Numbered from the stretch's first letter, positions 18,733-28,460 are shown. The stretch: 64,000 nt of DNA from an uncultured Alphaproteobacteria bacterium (GCA_963741185.1 CAVUHE010000021.1:7225-71224), one strand, 5' to 3'. The notes: generated by a model not told the origin, from the sequence alone. Numbers and translations: made by a program.

Positions 18733-19299
18733 TTGAAAGTCATCGCAAGTTCTATTCGCAAGGGCAACGTCATCGAGCAGGACGGTAAGCTTTACGTGGT
18801 TCTGACCGCCGAGAACATCCACCCCGGCAAGGGAACACCGGTCAGCCAGATCGAGATGCGCCGAATCAGCGACGGGGTGAAAATCTCCGAGCGCTACAAG
18901 ACCACCGACCAGGTGGAAAAGGCGACTATCGAGGATCACAACTTCAACTACCTCTACGAGGATGCCGACGGATTCCACTTCATGAACACCGACACCTACG
19001 ACCAGATTCAGGTGCCGAAGGACGTGATCGGCTCGGCCGCGCCTTACCTGCAGGAGAACATGACCGTCAAGCTTTCCTTGCACGGTGTCCTTCCAGTGGC
19101 GATCCAGATGCCGCAGCGCGCGACGCTAGAGGTCGTCGACACCGAGCCGGTCACCAAGGGACAGACGGCGTCTTCGTCGTACAAGCCGGCGGTTTTGTCC
19201 AATGGTGTGCGCACCGCCGTGCCGCCGCATATCTCGGCTGGTACGCGGATTGTTGTGATGACCGAGGACGGGTCGTATGTGGAGCGAGCAAAGGATTGA
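18733..19299 (+). CDS. efp: elongation factor P
   Basis: A TTG start gives 188 aa. [14 protein letters not shown]...HPGKGTP contains the conserved modifiable Lys. Confidence 0.9.
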   Translation: MKVIASSIRKGNVIEQDGKLYVVLTAENIHPGKGTPVSQIEMRRISDGVKISERYKTTDQVEKATIEDHNFNYLYEDADGFHFMNTDTYDQIQVPKDVIGSAAPYLQENMTVKLSLHGVLPVAIQMPQRATLEVVDTEPVTKGQTASSSYKPAVLSNGVRTAVPPHISAGTRIVVMTEDGSYVERAKD

Positions 19300-19335
19300 G
19301 GCATAGGGACGGGTTTTGCGCCAGGGGGCGTTGCA

Positions 19336-20937
19336 GTGGGAACGGGGGCTGTACGGTTGGTCGCTAGGCTGCTGGCATGTTTGCTCTTGCTCATCGCCAG
19401 CGCAGTCGGCGCCACCGCTGAGGAATTCAGAACGCCTGCGGTATCGGCCGTGCGCGCCGAGTGGCGCGCAGCGCTCGATCAACTCCGCACCGAAATCGGC
19501 ACCCAGCCGGCAGTCGTGCCGTCGTTCACGTTTGCCGGACGGCGCAGGCTAACGGGGTTCGATCCTCGTTCCATGCCTGCGCTGGTGCAGCTGAATGCGG
19601 TGACCTCGAAGATCTTCACGGGCATAGGTCGCAGCCCGGTGCCGGTACTGCTGCCTTTCGACACCGCGGCTTTTCTCGACGCGAAAATGAACGGGGTGCA
19701 GGCGAGCCTTTTCGTGTCGCGCTTTCAGGCCGACTTCCGGCCTGTCGATTTGTTCGACGCCGGCCCGGCCGGCTATAACGCGGTGTTTTCGCTCGAGCCC
19801 GACGACGGCATGCCGCAACGAACCTTCGCCGAGCCGGTCGAAGTGCAAATCACCGGCTCGATCCTGGTCTATGATGTCAACGACCCGCTCGGCGGTCGGG
19901 GCGAGCCGGTCAAGTCACTGGCTTCGCAGTTCCCGGACCTGCGGCGCTTCATCCGGGAGGGATATGTCCGCTATGCCTTCACGCGCTTCGGCGTTCCTTA
20001 CGTGGTTTCGATCCAGTGCCTGGACAGCACCCCGCGCCCGCGGCGTCTGGCGTGCCGTGAAGCCTATCCAGTCGCCGAGCGGTTCCTGAAGGCACTGCGC
20101 GTTGCTGGCGGCCTTCCTTCCCGACCGCGGATGGACGCCGCCCCTGAGATCGCCGAGCGGCCGCGCGCTTCCTCACCCGATTTCACCTATCGCCCGGCCG
20201 GCGACATCATCGCACGCAGAGGAACTCGCAAGCAGGGCGGTCGCGCCGATTTCACCGCCTATTCGCAAATTCGATTCCCGCTCGAAAAGGCTCCGGCATT
20301 TGCCCACTCGCAATCCCAGAGGACCCGCAGATCAGCGGACGAGCCCGCCGGCGGACCAACCAGTTATCCCTGGCAGGATAATTTTTGCGAGGCGCGCAGT
20401 TTTGGCGTGGGACAATGCGCCAGTGGGTTTGGTCACCAGGGCCAGGATATGCGCCCCGCGCCATGTCCCCCACACAGCGAGGGGGCTGATTATTGCGACC
20501 CGAAACAGCAGGGAGTTGTCGCCGTCCGTGACAGTGTTGTGATCCGCCCGCAAAAGCAGCAGGCCGTGACGCTACAGGTCAACACTCGCACCGAACATAT
20601 TCGCTTCCGCTACATGCATATGAATCCGGCCGCGTTGGACGCCGACCGAATTCTGAACGGCCGCCAGGTCGGGGAAGGCGAGAAAATTGGCGTCGTCTCC
20701 AACTATCTCGACCGCCCCAATGGCACCACGCGCCACCTGCATTTCGACGTGCAGGTGTTCACGCGCGACGGATGGATTTGGGTCAATCCCTACGTGACGT
20801 TGATCTCGGCCTATGAGCGCATGATCCGCGGGCGCGGGCTCGAGATCGGGCCCCAATCGGGTTCCTCTGCAGCCATGGCACACGCGCTGCCGCAGGATGC
20901 GATCCATCCGAACGTCCGCGAAGGCGGCGAGAACTAG
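19336..20937 (+). CDS. secreted protein with a C-terminal M23 peptidase-like domain
   Basis: Signal peptide present. GFGHQGQDM and TRHLHFDV fit the HxxxD / HxH metal ligands. The large N-terminal region is unassigned. Confidence 0.7.
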   Translation: MGTGAVRLVARLLACLLLLIASAVGATAEEFRTPAVSAVRAEWRAALDQLRTEIGTQPAVVPSFTFAGRRRLTGFDPRSMPALVQLNAVTSKIFTGIGRSPVPVLLPFDTAAFLDAKMNGVQASLFVSRFQADFRPVDLFDAGPAGYNAVFSLEPDDGMPQRTFAEPVEVQITGSILVYDVNDPLGGRGEPVKSLASQFPDLRRFIREGYVRYAFTRFGVPYVVSIQCLDSTPRPRRLACREAYPVAERFLKALRVAGGLPSRPRMDAAPEIAERPRASSPDFTYRPAGDIIARRGTRKQGGRADFTAYSQIRFPLEKAPAFAHSQSQRTRRSADEPAGGPTSYPWQDNFCEARSFGVGQCASGFGHQGQDMRPAPCPPHSEGADYCDPKQQGVVAVRDSVVIRPQKQQAVTLQVNTRTEHIRFRYMHMNPAALDADRILNGRQVGEGEKIGVVSNYLDRPNGTTRHLHFDVQVFTRDGWIWVNPYVTLISAYERMIRGRGLEIGPQSGSSAAMAHALPQDAIHPNVREGGEN

Positions 20938-20986
20938 GTTTCCAGATTCTGCCGCACGTTTCGCAGCAATGCAGCATCGGCAAGTG

Positions 20987-21445
20987 CTACTTGGGGACCA
21001 CCTTGCCCGTATGTCCCCAGGTCTCGTCCCAATCCTGGCCCGCGGCATCGACGACCCGGCCGTCGGCTTCGAAGAATTTGTTGGGAACCTGAAAGATCGC
21101 GATCATCAGCCCGCCCTCCGGGCACCACGCGACGTGGCGGCTGCCAGGCTCGCGCCAGACGAATTCGCCGGCCCTCGCCTCGATCCCCTTCGCCGGCCCC
21201 TCCTTGTCGACCAGATGTCCCTCGAGAACGTAGGTCTGCTCGATGTTGACGTGTTCGTGGTCCGGCAGCACCGCGCCCGGAGCAAACCGCATCAGCGCCG
21301 TCATGAGGCCGGTCGTGCGATCGAACAGCAGCGTCTTGGCCTCGCAGCCGGGGAAGCGGGTTTTTTGCCACTCCATATTCTGGGGACGAACAAGGTGGGA
21401 ATGTGTGTCAGCGGTTTGCGAACCCTTCGGCGTCAAGGCATCCAT
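20987..21445 (-). CDS. cupin domain protein (ChrR-like cupin)
   Basis: FAPGAVLPDHEHVNIEQTYVLEG...GSRH. Confidence 0.7.
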   Translation of the reverse strand: MDALTPKGSQTADTHSHLVRPQNMEWQKTRFPGCEAKTLLFDRTTGLMTALMRFAPGAVLPDHEHVNIEQTYVLEGHLVDKEGPAKGIEARAGEFVWREPGSRHVAWCPEGGLMIAIFQVPNKFFEADGRVVDAAGQDWDETWGHTGKVVPK

Positions 21446-21603
21446 GGCATTGCTCCCTCCCGTTTGATTGGCGCGATGATAGCAGCTTTGCCCGCGCCCG
21501 TCTGCCGGAGCGCCGGGTCAACCCCGCCCGTCATCCCGGGGCCGCAATCGCCGCCGCCGCAACGCAGCGAAAGCAAGACCTCCGCCGGACCCCACGAGGG
21601 TTT

Positions 21604-22152
21604 TTATTCGATAAGCGTCGTGAGTTCGGCACCCTCATCGGCCACGAACACGGCAATCAATTCGGCCGGCTCGGTATTGCTCGCATTGGCCGAAACCAGA
21701 TGCGTCGAGCCCGGTGGCTCGAAGAATGATTGTCCCACCTTGAATGTTTCGAGCGGACCGCCCCCAAGCTGGGAACGGATCTCGCCTTTCGTGACATAGG
21801 CAGTCACCGAGCCCGCATGGCGGTGCGCCCGCGTGAAGCCCCCGGGACCATAGAACACCCGCACGATCGTCACTCGCTTGCCAGGCACGTTCGGCAAGGC
21901 GTAAGAGGCGATCAGTTCGACCTTATCGAGCGGCGACGCCGATGTGGCGCCATTCGCACAAAGCGGTATCAGGACGCTGGATATCCTGTCCATCGTCAGA
22001 GGCAGCGCTTTTCCGCCGACCAGAGCGCAGACAAGACCGGCCAAGATGGCGACTGAAAGCGGTCGCATACTCGGCCGCACCGGCCCGGGCATTGTCGTCG
22101 CCATTGTTGTCATCGGTCGCTCCCTCATATAGGTGCGGTTCTGCGCACTCAC
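21604..22152 (-). CDS. cupin domain protein with an N-terminal signal/TM segment
   Basis: YGPGGFTRAHRHAGSVTAYVTKGE...PPGSTH. The GTG start overlaps the stop of the upstream AhpD-like gene (GTGA). Confidence 0.7.
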   Translation of the reverse strand: MSAQNRTYMRERPMTTMATTMPGPVRPSMRPLSVAILAGLVCALVGGKALPLTMDRISSVLIPLCANGATSASPLDKVELIASYALPNVPGKRVTIVRVFYGPGGFTRAHRHAGSVTAYVTKGEIRSQLGGGPLETFKVGQSFFEPPGSTHLVSANASNTEPAELIAVFVADEGAELTTLIE

Positions 22153-22628
22153 GACGCTGCCGCACCCACCGCCTTCTGCCGCGCCGGCGGTGTCCAGCGA
22201 TAGGCGACGCCGAACCTGTTCCAGACATTGATCGATGCAACCGCAGAGGTCAGGTAGAGCAGTTCCGTTTCGGAAAACTCGGCGCTCGCCTGCGCATAGA
22301 CCTCATCGCTGACGCAGCCATCGAGCCGTGTCAGCGCCTCGGTCCAGGCCAATGCGGCGCGCTCCCGGGAAGAAAACAAAGGTGCCTCCCGCCAGACCAC
22401 GACCAGGTTGAGCTTGTCGGCGGGGATGCCAAGGCCCTCAGCCTGCAGGATATGAAACTGCACGCAGAACGCGCAGCCATTGATCTGCGAGGCGCGTAGC
22501 TTGACCAACTCGAGCAGGGCTCCGTCGATGCCGGCTTTTGACGCCACCCTGCCGAGCGACGCGACAATCTCATAAGCGTCGGGCGCCAATGCCTGGAAGT
22601 CCTGATACTCGCTGCGAGCGTATGACAC
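22149..22628 (-). CDS. carboxymuconolactone decarboxylase / AhpD-like family protein
   Basis: LRASQINGCAFCVQFH CxxC motif. Confidence 0.8.
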   Translation of the reverse strand: MSYARSEYQDFQALAPDAYEIVASLGRVASKAGIDGALLELVKLRASQINGCAFCVQFHILQAEGLGIPADKLNLVVVWREAPLFSSRERAALAWTEALTRLDGCVSDEVYAQASAEFSETELLYLTSAVASINVWNRFGVAYRWTPPARQKAVGAAAS

Positions 22629-22678
22629 TTACATCTCCTTATGTTATCAGTGTTCTGATTTATTATAAGGGCTCTTAT

Positions 22679-23290
22679 ATGGCACGCAAGACTGGCGCAT
22701 TCACAAAGACAAGATCGGGCATGGCGCGAAGGCGTCCGATCGGAAAAACCGAAAAATCGCAAAAATCGCGGCTCGCGAAAAAATCCTCCGCACGCCGGAC
22801 AAACTTGAACCAACATTCGCCGCTCGCCGGCGTTCGGCCGCCCGCCCCGGGCGAGGCCAAGCGGGGCCAAAAAGGCTATCTCGGCTATCTCCTGCGGCAG
22901 GCCCAGGCCGCGACGCGGCTGACGCTGGAACGGGCGCTGGCGGATCTGGGTGTCACGCCCCCGCAATTCGCCGTGCTGACGATGCTCAAGGCCTATCCCG
23001 GCCTTTCCGGTGCCGATCTCGCCCGGGTGGCGGTCCTAACCCCGCAGACCGTCGGCGTCATCATCCGCAACCTGGAACGCGACGGTGCGGTCAGGAAGGA
23101 ACCCCATCCGGTGCATGGCCGTCTGCTGCGGTGGACGCTGACCCGCCGCGGCGCCGGTTTGCTCGACAAGTGCCGGCGCCACGCCCTGGCCCTGGAACAG
23201 CGGCTCGAGTCCGGGCTTTCTGCGAAATCGCAACTCATTGTCCGGCGCTGGCTGTCCAAAATTGCCGCAGACCTGCACCAGGATGGCTAG
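22679..23290 (+). CDS. MarR-family transcriptional regulator with a long basic N-terminal extension
   Basis: The wHTH region LTPPQFAVLTMLKAYPGLSGADLARVAVLTPQTVGVIIRNLERDG is recognisable. The gene is divergent from the AhpD-cupin pair. Confidence 0.8.
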   Translation: MARKTGAFTKTRSGMARRRPIGKTEKSQKSRLAKKSSARRTNLNQHSPLAGVRPPAPGEAKRGQKGYLGYLLRQAQAATRLTLERALADLGVTPPQFAVLTMLKAYPGLSGADLARVAVLTPQTVGVIIRNLERDGAVRKEPHPVHGRLLRWTLTRRGAGLLDKCRRHALALEQRLESGLSAKSQLIVRRWLSKIAADLHQDG

Positions 23291-23343
23291 CGAGGCGCGC
23301 AATGGCTTTGCCGCCGTCCTCCGGGCGCAGGTAGAGTGCTTCG

Positions 23344-24579
23344 ATGAAACAGCTTGATTCTCTTCCCATGCCGACCCGCCGCGCGCTGCTGCGAGCCGGC
23401 GCGGGTGCCGGAATCATGCTCGCACATCCCCTCGCCGCTTTTGCCGCGGCACCGCCCGGCTTCGACCAATGGCGCGACAATTTTCGCGCGCGCGCGCTGG
23501 CGAAGGGAATTTCGGATACGACGTGGGCCCGCGTGATGGGCCACATCGAGCCGGACATGTCGGTCTTCAAGCAGATGCGGAACCAGCCGGAGTTCAACGA
23601 GCAGGTCTGGCAATACATCAATCGCCGAGTTTCGGACTGGCGCATCATCGCCGGCAAGGAAGCGCTGCGGAAGAACGAGGCGCTGTTTGCGCGGATCGAG
23701 CAGGAGTACGGCGTCGAGCGCGGCACCCTCTTGGCACTTTGGGGCGTCGAATCCGCCTTCGGCGATCCGCTGGTGCAACAGAACCATATGCGGCCGGTCT
23801 TTCCGGCACTCGCCGCGCTTGCCTGGAACGAGCCGCGCCGCCGCGCCTATTGGGAGACCGAGCTGATCAACGCGCTACGCATCGTCGACCGCGGCTGGAG
23901 CACGCCGGAGGAAATGCGCGGATCATGGGCCGGCGCGATGGGTCACACCCAGTGGATGCCGGAGGTGTGGCTCAATGTCGGCATCGACTACGACCATGAC
24001 GGCCGGGTGTCGCCGTTCGGCAAGCCCGACGACGCCCTTGGTTCCACCGCGCGCTATCTGGTCAATCGCGGCAAATATCATCGCGGCGAACATTGGGGAT
24101 ATGAAGTCCGTACGAATGGCGTTTCATCCGGAGGTAGCCGCAGCTATGCAGCATGGACGAGCGCGGGCGTCACGCGCGCCGACGGCGAACCATTTCCGCA
24201 ACCCAACGCCTCCGCGCAGCTGTGGACGCCGGTGCCGGGCGGACCAAGTTTCTTGTTGGGCCCGAATTTCTATTCGGTGCGCAGCTACAATCCCTCGATG
24301 AATTATGCGCTCGCGATCTGCCATCTCGGCGACCGCATCCTGGGCGGCCCGCCATTCATCCAGCCGTTCCCGGGCTCCGAGCGCGCGCTGACGCTTGCCG
24401 AGGTGCAGGAAATGCAGACGCGCCTCACCAAGGCCGGCTTTGACACCGGCGGCACCGACGGGCGCGTCGGCAACGACACCATGCAGGCGATCCGCGACTA
24501 TCAGACCAAGATGGGACTGTTGCCGGCGGACGGCTATGGTGGGCTGAAGGTGCTGGCGCGGCTGCGGCAGGGCGGGTAA
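23344..24579 (+). CDS. lytic murein transglycosylase with a C-terminal peptidoglycan-binding domain
   Basis: LWGVESAFG, MGHTQWMP and the C-terminal GRVGNDTMQAIRDYQ. Confidence 0.85.
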   Translation: MKQLDSLPMPTRRALLRAGAGAGIMLAHPLAAFAAAPPGFDQWRDNFRARALAKGISDTTWARVMGHIEPDMSVFKQMRNQPEFNEQVWQYINRRVSDWRIIAGKEALRKNEALFARIEQEYGVERGTLLALWGVESAFGDPLVQQNHMRPVFPALAALAWNEPRRRAYWETELINALRIVDRGWSTPEEMRGSWAGAMGHTQWMPEVWLNVGIDYDHDGRVSPFGKPDDALGSTARYLVNRGKYHRGEHWGYEVRTNGVSSGGSRSYAAWTSAGVTRADGEPFPQPNASAQLWTPVPGGPSFLLGPNFYSVRSYNPSMNYALAICHLGDRILGGPPFIQPFPGSERALTLAEVQEMQTRLTKAGFDTGGTDGRVGNDTMQAIRDYQTKMGLLPADGYGGLKVLARLRQGG

Positions 24580-24590
24580 TTCGTTCTTCG

Positions 24591-24683
24591 TCGTTCCGGG
24601 GCACGCGTCAGCGTGAACCCGGAATCTCTCGCAACAACTTCTGGATTCCGGGTTCGATGCTGCGTATCGCCCCGGAATGACGG
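24591..24683. repeat. MITE-like palindromic intergenic repeat R1, copy 1
   Basis: Terminal inverted repeats CGTTCCGGGG...CCCCGGAATGACG. The internal GGAATCTC...TTCCGGGTTCGATGCTGCG block is shared with copy 2. Confidence 0.7.
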
Positions 24684-24685
24684 GT

Positions 24686-26527
24686 CTAGCGAATCACCGC
24701 GGGCCCCTGATCCGGCGCTGCCACGTCGAGCACGCGAAGCTGCACGCGTTCGGTGCCCTGCCAGCGATCGACCGCTAGCGATGCCGCCACGTGCAGCACC
24801 TGCCCACGATGCGCGGCCAACGCGTTGCCGAGTTTCTGTCCGATTGATCGAAACGCCATCCCGTTCACGATCGCGCCATCGCCCGATTTGAAACGCACGC
24901 GCAAATGCGCCTGGCCCACTTCATCGGCATAAATCAGCTGATGCGACGGCAGCGCGACCACCGGCTCGGGATTGCCGCTGCCGAAGGGCCCGGCGCGGTT
25001 GAGCGTGGCAACCAATTCGGGCGTCACCGCGCGCGCGCTGACGGCGCCGTCGATGAAGAGTTCATTGACATGGCGCGACGCCGCCACGTCATGGGCGAGC
25101 GCGCTTTCCATGTAGGCGCGGAATTCGGCGAGTTTTTCCTTGCGCAACGTCACGCCTGCGGCCATGGCGTGGCCGCCACCCTTCAGCAACAGGCCATCAT
25201 GCACGGCCTGCCGCACCGCCTTGCCGAGATCGACGCCGCCGATCGAACGGCCCGAGCCAGTGCCGATACCGCCGGGCTCAAGCGCGATGGCGAAAGCAGG
25301 CCGCGAGAATTTTTCCTTCAAGCGTGACGCAACGAGGCCGACCACGCCGGGGTGCCAGCCTTCCGATGCCGTGACGATCACCGAGCCCTTGTCCTCAAGG
25401 CCGAGCGAGGCCAGCGCCTCGGCTTCGGCCTGCGCTTCCGCCATCTGCTCGATGACACGGCGCTCACTGTTCAACCGGTCAAGTTCGGCGGCGATCCTGG
25501 CGGCTTCCGAGACGTCGCCTTCCAGCAAGAGCCGGACACCGAGATCGGCACGCCCGATCCGCCCGCCCGCATTGATGCGCGGCCCAAGCATGAACCCGAG
25601 ATGCCAGGCCTCCGGCGGACCGTTCAGCCGCGATACGTCCATCAGCGCGGTGTGACCGACATGGTCGCGACGTCGCATCGCGATCAGGCCCTTGGCGACG
25701 AAAGCGCGATTCAGTCCGATCAGCGGCGCTACGTCGGCGACGGTGCCGAGCGCCACATGATGCAACATGCCGAGGAGATCAGGCTCGGGCATTTCGCCGG
25801 TCCAAAATTCGCGCGTTCGCAGTTCACGATTGACGGCAACGAGGGTGACCAGCACGAGACCGACCGCGGCGAGATGACCTAGGCCCGAGATATCGTCGGG
25901 GCGGTTGGGATTCACCAGCGCGTCGACTTGCGGCAATTCATCGCCGCACTGGTGATGATCGATCACCACGACCGACATTCCGAGCCGGCGCGCTTCGGCG
26001 AGCGGCTCGAGGCTGGTGGTGCCGCAATCGACCGTCACCAGAAGCGTGGCTCCTTTGCCGGCGAGCATGCGCACCGCCTCGACGTTGGGGCCATAGCCTT
26101 CGAAAATCCGGTCGGGAATGTGGATCAGGGGATCGAGCCCACAATGGCGCAAATGCCAGGCGAGCAACGCTGCGGAGGTGGCGCCATCGACATCGTAGTC
26201 GCCGAAGATCGCGACCTTTTCGCCTCCCGTGGCCGCGTCCGCGATGCGCTGGGCGGCCGCCTCCATCTGCGTCACGGTGTGAGGATCAGGCAGCAGCTTG
26301 CGGATGGTCGGGTCGAGAAAATCCTCGACCGCGTCGATCTCGACATCGCGCCCCGCCAGCACCCGCGCCAGCATCTCCGGCAAATGATAGCGCTGCGCGA
26401 TCGCAAGCGCCCGCGCCGCCCCCCGCGCATCGAGCCGGTCGCGCCACAGCTTTCCGGTCGCCGAATGCGACACGCCAAGAAATGCGGGCGGGGCTTCGAC
26501 GGGCAATACGGTGGCGGGAGGCGTCAT
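24686..26527 (-). CDS. recJ: single-stranded-DNA-specific exonuclease RecJ
   Basis: 613 aa with DHH/DHHA1 motifs: IFGDYDVDGATS, VDCG, IDHH and GGGHAMAAG. Confidence 0.92.
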   Translation of the reverse strand: MTPPATVLPVEAPPAFLGVSHSATGKLWRDRLDARGAARALAIAQRYHLPEMLARVLAGRDVEIDAVEDFLDPTIRKLLPDPHTVTQMEAAAQRIADAATGGEKVAIFGDYDVDGATSAALLAWHLRHCGLDPLIHIPDRIFEGYGPNVEAVRMLAGKGATLLVTVDCGTTSLEPLAEARRLGMSVVVIDHHQCGDELPQVDALVNPNRPDDISGLGHLAAVGLVLVTLVAVNRELRTREFWTGEMPEPDLLGMLHHVALGTVADVAPLIGLNRAFVAKGLIAMRRRDHVGHTALMDVSRLNGPPEAWHLGFMLGPRINAGGRIGRADLGVRLLLEGDVSEAARIAAELDRLNSERRVIEQMAEAQAEAEALASLGLEDKGSVIVTASEGWHPGVVGLVASRLKEKFSRPAFAIALEPGGIGTGSGRSIGGVDLGKAVRQAVHDGLLLKGGGHAMAAGVTLRKEKLAEFRAYMESALAHDVAASRHVNELFIDGAVSARAVTPELVATLNRAGPFGSGNPEPVVALPSHQLIYADEVGQAHLRVRFKSGDGAIVNGMAFRSIGQKLGNALAAHRGQVLHVAASLAVDRWQGTERVQLRVLDVAAPDQGPAVIR

Positions 26528-26737
26528 GATGATGCTTTTAGCAGATAGGCGAGATCGCCTCCGGTTCCAATGATTCGCGCGCGATGATCACACCTATAAT
26601 GCGGTCGCTCGGTGACCCAGGGGCCTCAGGCGTCGTATCCGCGCAAGCGGATATCCAGCACAGCGCGGCCTTTCGATTCCCTTCACAAACGTTTGACCCA
26701 GCTTTGGCACGTAGCGCCGTTCGCGTCGTCCTTGAGC

Positions 26738-27565
26738 ATGACACAATATCGAGCAACTGATTTAATCAATATCTTGGAATGGGAGCGGCGAGTGCTGCCT
26801 CCCCGCATGGAACGACTGACCGCAAAGATGGAAACGAAGGCCGGGCCGTTTCTTTCGGTGCGGAACGCGTGGGAATTGCGTGCAGGATCACGGGTATATG
26901 ACTTGCCCGGTCCGACACGTGAGCGGTCCGTTATCCTGCTGTCTTTGCTGGCCCACGTGGCGGGACTGGCCGCGTTGATCTTGCTCAAGCCGAATTTGTT
27001 TCCTCCGGCTGACAATGTTCAATCGATCGAGATCTCCATCGTTGGAGGTAGCCCAGCTTCCCCTCCGGAAGCAGGATCGATCGCTTCCGCGCCAAGCGCG
27101 ACCATTCCGAGGAAGTCCAATTTCGTATCCCCTGAAGCATCGAGCTCCGTGTCATCGCGTCCCGATCCGACGTTCCCTATCACGCCACCTGGCGTTATGG
27201 ACGCTAAGCGACACAATTCCGCTCCACCGAACTGGGGTCCGACATTTGATATCCGTAAGATCCCGGCGCATTTCGGCTTGAGCGGGATCGGCGAGACGTT
27301 GGGGTGTCCACATGGCAAAACGCAAGACCACGATGCCACTTCGAGAGGTCAAGTCGGCTGTGCTCCGATGACCGCTGATCCTGATGGCTTTTCGTCGCGG
27401 TGGACGTATTCGCCGCCGGTCCGGTACGATCCCGAACCGGACAAACAGGAGAAAACAGACGGTCACACGAGATTGTTGTCTGATATGAAGCGCGATCCGA
27501 TGCCGCTCCGCGACTTGATGCTCCAAGGCTCGCGATTTATGATCCCGCTAATTAAAGTCAATTGA
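26738..27565 (+). CDS. membrane-anchored Pro/Ser-rich hypothetical protein (ORFan-like)
   Basis: One TM segment (VILLSLLAHVAGLAALILL) followed by a P/S-rich linker. GC is visibly lower than in flanking genes. Start uncertain (track ORF begins at 26612). Confidence 0.5.
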   Translation: MTQYRATDLINILEWERRVLPPRMERLTAKMETKAGPFLSVRNAWELRAGSRVYDLPGPTRERSVILLSLLAHVAGLAALILLKPNLFPPADNVQSIEISIVGGSPASPPEAGSIASAPSATIPRKSNFVSPEASSSVSSRPDPTFPITPPGVMDAKRHNSAPPNWGPTFDIRKIPAHFGLSGIGETLGCPHGKTQDHDATSRGQVGCAPMTADPDGFSSRWTYSPPVRYDPEPDKQEKTDGHTRLLSDMKRDPMPLRDLMLQGSRFMIPLIKVN

Positions 27566-27629
27566 AGCGGACAGCTATACTTCGCTCATACATCGAGAAA
27601 ACCTCGTACGTGCGGTAGCCGCAGCGGCT

Positions 27630-28349
27630 CTAACACCCCATCTGCGCGGCCAGTTCGCCAAAATCCCTGGCGACGACGTCCCACGCGCCCGTCGCCTCGA
27701 AGTCATATTTCTGCAACGGACCATATTCGGTCGGTCGGGCGACGAAGGCGGTTTTCAATCCCAGCTTCTGGGCGGCCTTGAGGTCATGGTTGTGCGCGGC
27801 GACCATCATGACCTGCTCGGGCGGCAGGCAGAGCAGACGCGCGGCGCCCAGATAGGTTTCGGGGTCGGGCTTGTAATGCTCGAACAATTCCGCCGAGAGG
27901 ATGAGGTCCCACGGGAGGCTCGCGAATTTCGCCATTTCGGTGAGCAGCGCGACATTGCCGTTGGAAAGCGGGCCGATGATGTATTTGGTCTTCAGCCGCG
28001 TCAGTCCGCCGACGCTGTCGGCCCACGGATGGAGCCGGTGCCAGCCCATGGTGAGGTGATGCAGGTCGGCGTCGTTCAATCCGGAAATCGCAAGCTGCGC
28101 GACGAGTTGGTCCAGCGACTGGCGATGAAGCCTGTCAAGGATCACGTAGCCGCGCTCGGGATGCTTTCGGACCTCGTCCATCGACGCGGCGTAGACCGCG
28201 CGCCAGCCGTCGACCAGTGCGGTCCAGTCCGCCTCAATGCCACGCTTTTTGCCCCATGCGGTAAAATCGGCGATCAAACTGGTTCGCCAGTCGACCACGG
28301 TGCCGAACACATCGAACACCAGCGCCTTGACTTGCGAGAGATCGGACAT
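27630..28349 (-). CDS. haloacid dehalogenase type II (HAD superfamily)
   Basis: ALVFDVFGTVVDW, GPLSNGN and KPDPETY. Confidence 0.85.
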   Translation of the reverse strand: MSDLSQVKALVFDVFGTVVDWRTSLIADFTAWGKKRGIEADWTALVDGWRAVYAASMDEVRKHPERGYVILDRLHRQSLDQLVAQLAISGLNDADLHHLTMGWHRLHPWADSVGGLTRLKTKYIIGPLSNGNVALLTEMAKFASLPWDLILSAELFEHYKPDPETYLGAARLLCLPPEQVMMVAAHNHDLKAAQKLGLKTAFVARPTEYGPLQKYDFEATGAWDVVARDFGELAAQMGC

Positions 28350-28370
28350 TGCTCGGTTCCCGGTCGGTTC

Positions 28371-28452
28371 GTCATTCCGGGATGGTGCGAAACACCAGAC
28401 CCGGAATCTCGAGGTTCCGGGTTCGATGCTGCGCATCGCCCCGGAACGACGG
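28371..28452. repeat. MITE-like repeat R1, copy 2
   Basis: GTCATTCCGGG...CCCCGGAACGACGG. The centre is nearly identical to copy 1. Confidence 0.7.
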
Positions 28453-28460
28453 CGTGATCC

